Below the pieces are notes generated by a model, which had not been told where the DNA came from, did no database searches, and saw only the letters and a program-made list of their open reading frames with translations. A stretch of DNA of 64,000 nt from Deinococcales bacterium. Its GTDB lineage: Bacteria > Deinococcota > Deinococci > Deinococcales > JAAFIG01. Where the stretch lies: contig JANNVX010000086.1 of the NCBI GenBank assembly GCA_031414595.1, forward strand, positions 32,001 to 96,000, in the 5' to 3' direction. Made by a program: the position numbers and the translations under genes. Shown piece after piece: positions 57,573 to 64,000 of this stretch. Every line of letters begins with the position of its first letter. Within the stretch, counting starts at the first letter, position 1.

Positions 57573-58100
57573 TCAACGCCCCAAATCATGAACACCGATT
57601 TCACGCAGGTAATCTCTAAAGTCCAAAGTATTCATGCTGCCCAGCACAGTACGGCGCACAATGCCGTTCGCGTCTATAAAATAGGTGGTTGGAATGGCTT
57701 GTATACCATAACGATTCGCCACGTCTCTGGTGGGTTCGGTACTCCCTTGGCTGTCTGGGTCGGTCAGGACAGTAAAGGTGTATTTGCTGTCGCGCATGAA
57801 TTTAAGACTGGTTTCTCGAGGTTCAGAAATTGCCACAGCCAAGAACTCGACTTGGGCTTTATTGCGAAGCCAAACTGTGTGTAAGCCCGGAAATTCGCCT
57901 CGGCAAGGTCCACACCAAGAAGCCCAGAAATTTAGCACAACTGGTTTACCCTTAAAATTCTCGAGCTTAACGGTTTTCCCTTCATTTGAGGTTAGTAAAA
58001 ACTCTGGGGCAGCTAAATCCAGTAATACCAGACTTTCCCGTGGGGCAGCACTTGAAAGACCAGTCAAAGACAAAGCAAGAGCAAACAACCATTTTTTCAT
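57573..58100 (-). CDS. TlpA/ResA family disulfide reductase
   Basis: LNFWASWCGPC, IPTTYFID. Confidence 0.9.
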   Translation of the reverse strand: MKKWLFALALSLTGLSSAAPRESLVLLDLAAPEFLLTSNEGKTVKLENFKGKPVVLNFWASWCGPCRGEFPGLHTVWLRNKAQVEFLAVAISEPRETSLKFMRDSKYTFTVLTDPDSQGSTEPTRDVANRYGIQAIPTTYFIDANGIVRRTVLGSMNTLDFRDYLREIGVHDLGR

Positions 58101-58263
58101 GATTAAGTATAATCCATCTCAGAATGCAGCGCATGACCAAAGAAACAATTCTCGAGGCTGAAGAGACTCCTGTACTCGAGGGAACGAACGCAGAACTCGA
58201 GCTATCAGAGGAGACTGAACTCGAGAACATCAATTCAGAATTTGAAGGCATGGGTCAGGTGCT

Positions 58264-58434
58264 TTAATGCCTTATACTTGCGCCGCCCTTAATCGTGTGC
58301 ATACTTAAAAACAGACCGCGAATAAGCGAGTTATTGCTTAGATCATGCTCTAGTTGCAACAAGACCTGATCCAACTTTTCCAAGTGGTCATAGGCTTCGG
58401 CTCTAAACTCGCCCATGAAGGCTGCCAGATTCAT
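58264..58434 (-). pseudogene. CheA Hpt (P1) domain fragment
   Basis: F..EA.DHLE.LDQ.LL.LE......I..LF.SMHTIKGGA, then a stop four codons later. Confidence 0.7.
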
Positions 58435-58573
58435 GACACTATTTTGCCATACTTGACATGGTTTTGTGTACTTCCCACTGCCAGCAATCTTATAAGGCAT
58501 AATAGATTACAATTAACGATTTCTGAAACGTGATAGGTAAGGTCACAGTTAAAACTATGCTTTTTAGTACAAC

Positions 58574-59545
58574 TTACTTAAAGATTGCACTTTGGGCTTT
58601 TACACCCCAGAAATAGATTTCCTTTTTACTCGAGAAACTCGTAATTAAATACTTCCCATCAGGTGTAAATGCCATTTGTATGATATAGCCTTCGCCAAAC
58701 TTAAATACTGATTTATCCGCAGACCAGACTCGTTCACCAGTTGCTAAGTTAATGAGTTCTAAAGACACCCCAGTTGATTTAGCGAACAAAGTATTTGATT
58801 GATTAAATTCCAAGTAACCACAACCCCTAGGAATTTTAAGGGCTGTTTTTTTGACTCCAGTTAAGGCATCAAACGTTAGTAATTCTTCATCCTTACAAAC
58901 GTACCAAGTTTTACCGTCGGGTGAAAAATTATTTGCCTGACCACCTTCGATTAACACAAGGATTTTACCATCTTGAAAATTTGTTAAATACGATGCCTGA
59001 TTTCTAATTTGAGTCGAATAAGTATTGACCGAAGAACTACTCTTAAAGTATGTGATAAAAGAAGCTGTTTTAGCCTCCCAATAAGAAGTTCTTAAATCAC
59101 TCGAGAATCCGCCTAGTGAATAAGTATTGTAGCTACCAATGATAGTTGAATTATCAAAATTAGTTTCAAAATAAGTCAGTATTTTATCTGAGGGACTACT
59201 TTGCGTGGCATTGTCGTCTATATTTTCCAGTATAACTCCACCACTTTTTGCATTGACCAAAATTGACTTGCTATCCTTTGACCAAATATTAGTATTGTTA
59301 TCGCTTAGCAAATCAGAAGAAAAGACCTTTAGGCTTAATGAAAAAGTATTGATGTCATAAATAAATCTGTTCAAATTTGGAAAATCAACAATCAATAACT
59401 TCGTACCATCAGGACTGAGCTTAATGTCGTTTATTCTTTCAGGTAAGGTAATTTTTTGAATTATCTCGAGTTTAGAAAATTTACTGCCAGAGCTACAAGA
59501 AAATAGCAATATCGGAACACAAGAACACAGAAAAAGTTTTTTCAT
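58574..59545 (-). CDS. WD40/beta-propeller lipoprotein
   Basis: Lipobox LFSC; repeated SPDG/FTPDG blades; AT-rich. Confidence 0.75.
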   Translation of the reverse strand: MKKLFLCSCVPILLFSCSSGSKFSKLEIIQKITLPERINDIKLSPDGTKLLIVDFPNLNRFIYDINTFSLSLKVFSSDLLSDNNTNIWSKDSKSILVNAKSGGVILENIDDNATQSSPSDKILTYFETNFDNSTIIGSYNTYSLGGFSSDLRTSYWEAKTASFITYFKSSSSVNTYSTQIRNQASYLTNFQDGKILVLIEGGQANNFSPDGKTWYVCKDEELLTFDALTGVKKTALKIPRGCGYLEFNQSNTLFAKSTGVSLELINLATGERVWSADKSVFKFGEGYIIQMAFTPDGKYLITSFSSKKEIYFWGVKAQSAIFK

Positions 59546-59578
59546 AATACCCTTTGAGACAATATAACAGAGATTTTC

Positions 59579-60268
59579 TTACTTTTGATTTAAGACATAG
59601 ACTTTTGGTTGCTCGAGGTCAAGTGTACCAAAGAAGTAAAGTGGTAATCCATAGAATAATTCATATTTACCATCTGTTCGATAGGGCTTACCGAAGCCGA
59701 AGCCCATAGCTTGTTGTGGAGCTTCTGGTAGCTTGTTAAATTCCCATTCCCAATTATCGCTAAACATCTGCATTAGAAAAGTAAATCGACTTCCCATATA
59801 TTCCTTAGGGGAATCATCTAATATGCGCCAATTTGGACGACCACCGATACGTGTTGTATTGGTACTTGAGTTTCTCAGTGCTTGTAAATCTAACTTTTCA
59901 TGCTTTAATACACGTATATAATCTATTCGCATTTGACTTATTTCCCCTTGTTCAAAAACGAGGATGCAAAATCTTTTCTCGTAATCATTAAGAAAATAGT
60001 CTGGTAATCCCAAATGTCGTCCATTTGGGGGCATTAGAGAAAAATTATCATCGGCACATGATGTGCAGGCAAAAATAGCCATAACTTTCCCTTTCCACTC
60101 ATGTTTTTCTGGAAATTGAACTTGAAAAAAGAAAGTCATTGGTGCGCCACATAGTTTGCATTTTGGCAACTGTAGATGTTCGGGTAGATTGGGATAGCCA
60201 CCTATGTGTGTCAAACTCTTCTGGTCTTGTGAATCTACAGGTAATCTAACTAATTCATAAACTGGCAT
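59579..60268 (-). CDS. DUF1963/YwqG-like putative immunity protein
   Basis: HIGGYP.LP....P.C..C..PMTFFFQV and RIGGRP.W...FLMQ motifs; immediately downstream of the nuclease toxin. Confidence 0.7.
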   Translation of the reverse strand: MPVYELVRLPVDSQDQKSLTHIGGYPNLPEHLQLPKCKLCGAPMTFFFQVQFPEKHEWKGKVMAIFACTSCADDNFSLMPPNGRHLGLPDYFLNDYEKRFCILVFEQGEISQMRIDYIRVLKHEKLDLQALRNSSTNTTRIGGRPNWRILDDSPKEYMGSRFTFLMQMFSDNWEWEFNKLPEAPQQAMGFGFGKPYRTDGKYELFYGLPLYFFGTLDLEQPKVYVLNQK

Positions 60269-60327
60269 AAATATCCTTTCCTATTTGTGTAGCCCAAGGA
60301 GAGAATTCTCCCCTTGGGCAGTGTATT

Positions 60328-63300
60328 TTAGATATTAGGGTTAGCAAAAACCCTTGAAACAGCAATCCCATTTGTTGTGATGATGTACTCAAGTTCACTT
60401 GGTCGTTTCGGATATGTAGGATCTGTGTACTTCAGTTTAACAGTTAGTGAAACAGTATCTCCAGCACGCACAGAAGCTGCCATATTTCTCTCTAAAGCAG
60501 ATAATGCGCCCGTATTGAGTGTACTTCGGATAGGCACAATGTTATTTGAACGCGATCCTCCAGCCCCACCTAATACATACGCTAGAATATGTCCCGCCTG
60601 ATCTAGGCTATCACCAGTTACTACGTCAATTGCACCATTTGCCACTGTCTCACGTCTTGCGGTTCTCGTTGGATTTGTCCCACCATTGATGTATGTACTA
60701 TCTAGTACAGCTGTAACTTGGGTTATTAAATCTCCAACTTTGGTTACTGTTGTTGGACAAAGATTTTTTGGTACTGCTCGGGTTTGAAGGGTTATTTTTC
60801 CTGGCGATGCGGCTGCCGCCAATCTCTTTGCAACACAGTACACGGAGGCTTCAATATCTGCAATTCGGACTTGTGCTTCTATATTCAAAGCATCGTATCT
60901 TGGGTCTTGAATATCATCATTAATTTTGCCCAGTGCGGCTTTGGGTTGTAATTGTAATTCATCTGCATAAACTTTCACGGAGGCTTCAACTCTATCGTTA
61001 CATTCTGTTCCGCAATCATTGATGCCCTTAACAACTTTCCCAAAGGCTGTGTCTAAATCTGTCTTTAGCCCATCAACTGTTTTCCCAGCGTCTACACCTT
61101 CTTGAATAATCTTTTCAATGCCGTTAGAAACACCTTTTGTACCTTGCTTGCTTGGCTTGAAGACCTTGGCAAACTTGGCGTATAGCTCGCCTGTAACTGG
61201 TGAAATATCAGCAATTACGCCAACGCCAGCCAGTACAATCATTCCTACACCTAGGGTTTGGCATTCTTGGGTTTGACAGGCTTTCACCGTCTCGAGGAAG
61301 TCCTTACCACTGCCAATAAAGGGTATGAAACTGGTTGTAAAGTTCTTTGCGTCTTCCCAGAAACCATCTTTTAAGTAACTGTTCCATTTTAGAACAGCTG
61401 TGGCGGAGTCATTGGTTAGGATATGTCCCCAGAAATTGGCAGTCACGGCTGGAATTGGGTACTTAAAATCTGGAATATCGGCAATACCTACTGGTGGGGT
61501 GTAGGTTGCAGTGACAGTGCTGCAATTATTGAGCAGTGCATTGTCTGGCATTTTGTTAATCCAGTCGCTGTTGTCTGTACCGCAGTTGGGATTGCCGTAC
61601 ATGCTAATTTGGGTTAAATCTAGCTTATCGCCGTTTAAGGGGTAGGCATTGCTTGGCAGGGTGACTTCAATAAATGCTTTGCCGTTTTCCATGACACAAT
61701 CGCCGCAGTCAGATAACAGTGACGGGTTGGTGGTTTTGAAGGCGGCTTTGAAGTACCCGTTAGCGGTGGTCATCAGTGCGCCAGTGTCATCCACAGCGTA
61801 TACAGGCACTTTGAATTTAATGTTGCCGTTATTTACATCACTTTGGCGTAAGCGCACGGTTAGCATCAATTCGGTTGTGCCGTTAAAGTTGCCTTTGTTT
61901 TCAGTGGTGTACGGGGTGGCTTTGTCACCTGGTATCATTTTGTCTGGTAGTACAGCCATATAGATTTTGGGTATCCGAAGCCCACCAATTACATCAAAAC
62001 GGTAGGTTTGGTCAAATAGACTCGAGGTCACATGGAATTGACTATTGCCTTGGGCTTGTAGCACAGGTACATCGGTGCTACGAATTCGCACAAATTCGCA
62101 TAAATCTGGGTTATTGGAGTTCTCGAATTTCAGGTGAGGGGTTTGAACTTGGTTGTAATAAGTCAGTACAGAACTGCAAAATACATTCCTAAAATTACTT
62201 CCATTGCTCCAAGCATTCCAACGGGTAGAAACTCCCGGGAAAGCAGCGCTTTTGTGCATCACATATGGAAAGTAATCAATGTAGTTTGTACCCGCTTGTG
62301 GACGGGCTGCATATGGGCGAATCACCGAACGAGAGGCAGGTAGATTATCGAGCGGGTCAACGGTTTTGGCTCGAGTCAAACTGGGGTAGTTAAAAGCTGG
62401 GCGAAAGAAGGCATTTTGTGGTTGTGCGGTAATGTCTTGGGCTTTGGCTACCACATAAGCACGGTACGTGTCGGTTTGACCTTTATTATCGGTCACGGTG
62501 AGTTTAACAATGTGTTCGCCGGCATTAAAGGTATGGGTGGTTTGTGCGCCAGTGGCTGTGGTGTTATCGCCAAAATTCCAAGTGTAAGTTAAAGCGCTGC
62601 TGCCTGTGGAGGTTACTGCATCGAAACTCACATTAAACGGAGCAATCCCAAAACTTGCGCCTGAGCCAAAGCTGCTCGAGAGTACAAATTTGGCTTTTGG
62701 CTTGGGTTGCCAACGGGTAAGCCAAGTTTCGTTTTGGTAGGCAACACTACCGCCGCCACTGGTGCGGTTGAGCTTTCCACGAATCAGAGGACGATTATCA
62801 ATGATTTTGAGTTTCACCACGTAAGTCCCTAGGGTTGGGTAATTGTGGCTGACTCTCGAGCCTGTGCCTGTAGTGTTATCGCCAAAATCCCATTGGTAGG
62901 CAAAACCGGGCAGTGGGTCGCCCGCGTCAAAATTGGCTGTATCAGAACCATTTAGGTTCAGGTTTGGCGAGATATTCTGAATTTCTGGGAGGATGGCTAC
63001 TTGAACAGTTTTTTGTTGAGTTCGTCCTGTACTGTCGGTTACGGTTAGATTGGCGTTGTACAAACCCGGATTGGTGTAATTATGACTCACAAATGGGCTG
63101 GTACTGGTTGTGCCGTCCCCAAAATTCCATTGGTACGTTAAACCTGTTCCGCCAGAGGCACTAGCATCAAAGGTCATGTTTGAACCAGCCGTTCCTATGG
63201 GTGTCTCGAGGTCAAACGAGGCAAGGGCAGCATCTTCAACGTACCAGCGAACTCTGGGTATGCGAATTGTGTTTAATGGCGTGGCAACATCGGTGTCTGT

Positions 63301-64000
63301 TCCTACCAAGGCGACTTCGCTTGCACCTAGGGCTTGCCCTCGAGTTATTGCACTGGCAGTGTTTTCTTCGGCTCGAGTGACACGGTTGTTACTTTCGCTG
63401 GTCAGTAAAAAATTAAAGGTGAGTTTGAGTGGTAGGTTTGGGAATGTTCCAGCTACTAAAAAAGCGGGTGCTTTGAAGGTCACGGATACCGTACCAACAT
63501 TACACTGGTCGGTTGGACTGGTTTTGCAACTCACGGCTGGGATGACTTTAGAGGTGCTGGATTTTCGGGCTGCAAAACCGTAGTTTAGAATTGTGTCATT
63601 GACAGAAAGTCCAATACCACTTGTAATGGCATCAGCTTTTATTTGGGTGGCTTCGGTTTCGCTAAAGGCTTGAAAATCGGCTGTATTAGCATTAACCAGT
63701 CCTGTGCTGTACGACAAGTAATTGGATGGTTCAAAGTTACGAGCGGTTTGTACATCGGTGATGGTTTGGTTATTCCAACCAATAATACTGGTGAGGGCAG
63801 TTCCACCTATTTCGGTTTGGTTGCGGTTTCTGGCAACTAAAGAAAGGTTAGCAAGTGGGTTACTGCTGTTGTTGGTGACTTTGTAATTAGCGGTAAAAAA
63901 CCAGCGTTCTGGACTCGAGTAAAGGCGCATGGTGTAACTGGCTTGTGAGAAACTAACATCGGTGGTGGTTGGGAAAGTGGATTGGGTGCTGAGTTTTTGG
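60328..64000 (-). CDS. Polymorphic-toxin-like protein (5' end outside the window): shared N-terminal domain, three PKD domains, pre-toxin region and C-terminal DNA/RNA non-specific endonuclease
   Basis: Frame stays open from 63930 to the window edge. Y.W.FGD PKD motifs x3; FIPFIGSGKD pre-toxin-like motif; DQAGHILAYVLGG.GG...NIVP....N......LE...Y.....RP nuclease motif. Confidence 0.85.
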   Translation of the reverse strand, partial: QKLSTQSTFPTTTDVSFSQASYTMRLYSSPERWFFTANYKVTNNSSNPLANLSLVARNRNQTEIGGTALTSIIGWNNQTITDVQTARNFEPSNYLSYSTGLVNANTADFQAFSETEATQIKADAITSGIGLSVNDTILNYGFAARKSSTSKVIPAVSCKTSPTDQCNVGTVSVTFKAPAFLVAGTFPNLPLKLTFNFLLTSESNNRVTRAEENTASAITRGQALGASEVALVGTDTDVATPLNTIRIPRVRWYVEDAALASFDLETPIGTAGSNMTFDASASGGTGLTYQWNFGDGTTSTSPFVSHNYTNPGLYNANLTVTDSTGRTQQKTVQVAILPEIQNISPNLNLNGSDTANFDAGDPLPGFAYQWDFGDNTTGTGSRVSHNYPTLGTYVVKLKIIDNRPLIRGKLNRTSGGGSVAYQNETWLTRWQPKPKAKFVLSSSFGSGASFGIAPFNVSFDAVTSTGSSALTYTWNFGDNTTATGAQTTHTFNAGEHIVKLTVTDNKGQTDTYRAYVVAKAQDITAQPQNAFFRPAFNYPSLTRAKTVDPLDNLPASRSVIRPYAARPQAGTNYIDYFPYVMHKSAAFPGVSTRWNAWSNGSNFRNVFCSSVLTYYNQVQTPHLKFENSNNPDLCEFVRIRSTDVPVLQAQGNSQFHVTSSLFDQTYRFDVIGGLRIPKIYMAVLPDKMIPGDKATPYTTENKGNFNGTTELMLTVRLRQSDVNNGNIKFKVPVYAVDDTGALMTTANGYFKAAFKTTNPSLLSDCGDCVMENGKAFIEVTLPSNAYPLNGDKLDLTQISMYGNPNCGTDNSDWINKMPDNALLNNCSTVTATYTPPVGIADIPDFKYPIPAVTANFWGHILTNDSATAVLKWNSYLKDGFWEDAKNFTTSFIPFIGSGKDFLETVKACQTQECQTLGVGMIVLAGVGVIADISPVTGELYAKFAKVFKPSKQGTKGVSNGIEKIIQEGVDAGKTVDGLKTDLDTAFGKVVKGINDCGTECNDRVEASVKVYADELQLQPKAALGKINDDIQDPRYDALNIEAQVRIADIEASVYCVAKRLAAAASPGKITLQTRAVPKNLCPTTVTKVGDLITQVTAVLDSTYINGGTNPTRTARRETVANGAIDVVTGDSLDQAGHILAYVLGGAGGSRSNNIVPIRSTLNTGALSALERNMAASVRAGDTVSLTVKLKYTDPTYPKRPSELEYIITTNGIAVSRVFANPNI

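Noticed and set aside
58133-58267. 44-aa acidic ORF MTKETILEAEETPVLEG... on the plus strand
   Set aside because: No clear RBS or motif, and largely built from CTCGAG-containing repeats; cannot be supported as a gene.

Overview
A roughly 48% GC bacterial chromosomal segment, most likely from a Deinococcota/Deinococcales-like organism. This is inferred from a DUF1999-like gene, Deinococcus-style lipoproteins and S8 protease, and a Thermus-like dnaX slippery site. The whole segment is saturated with the palindrome CTCGAG. Housekeeping genes include lipA (partial), thrC, trmFO, aroB, dnaX, surE, rsfS, glgP, an LCP protein, ccdA/thioredoxins, and terC behind a yybP-ykoY riboswitch. The most interesting signal is a candidate surface-display/polymorphic-toxin system. 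Two large proteins share the same unannotated ~230-aa N-terminal domain. The first is a 950-aa lipoprotein that heads an operon of three tail-collar proteins and is translationally coupled to an unannotated 55-aa YxxPxL leader-like peptide. The second is a >1200-aa PKD-repeat protein ending in a His-Me nuclease toxin, followed by an AT-rich DUF1963-like immunity gene. An 11-bp-periodic GACGCT direct-repeat motif precedes the lipoprotein operon and a four-gene array of secreted tandem-domain paralogs, and a SARP/BTAD regulator lies in the window. Other observations: an AT-rich stand-alone alarmone synthetase, two MNT antitoxins with decayed HEPN partners, a cheA fragment, GTAG-type REP elements (one inside dnaX) and several small structured repeats. 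No rRNA, tRNA, CRISPR array or intact transposase was recognised.
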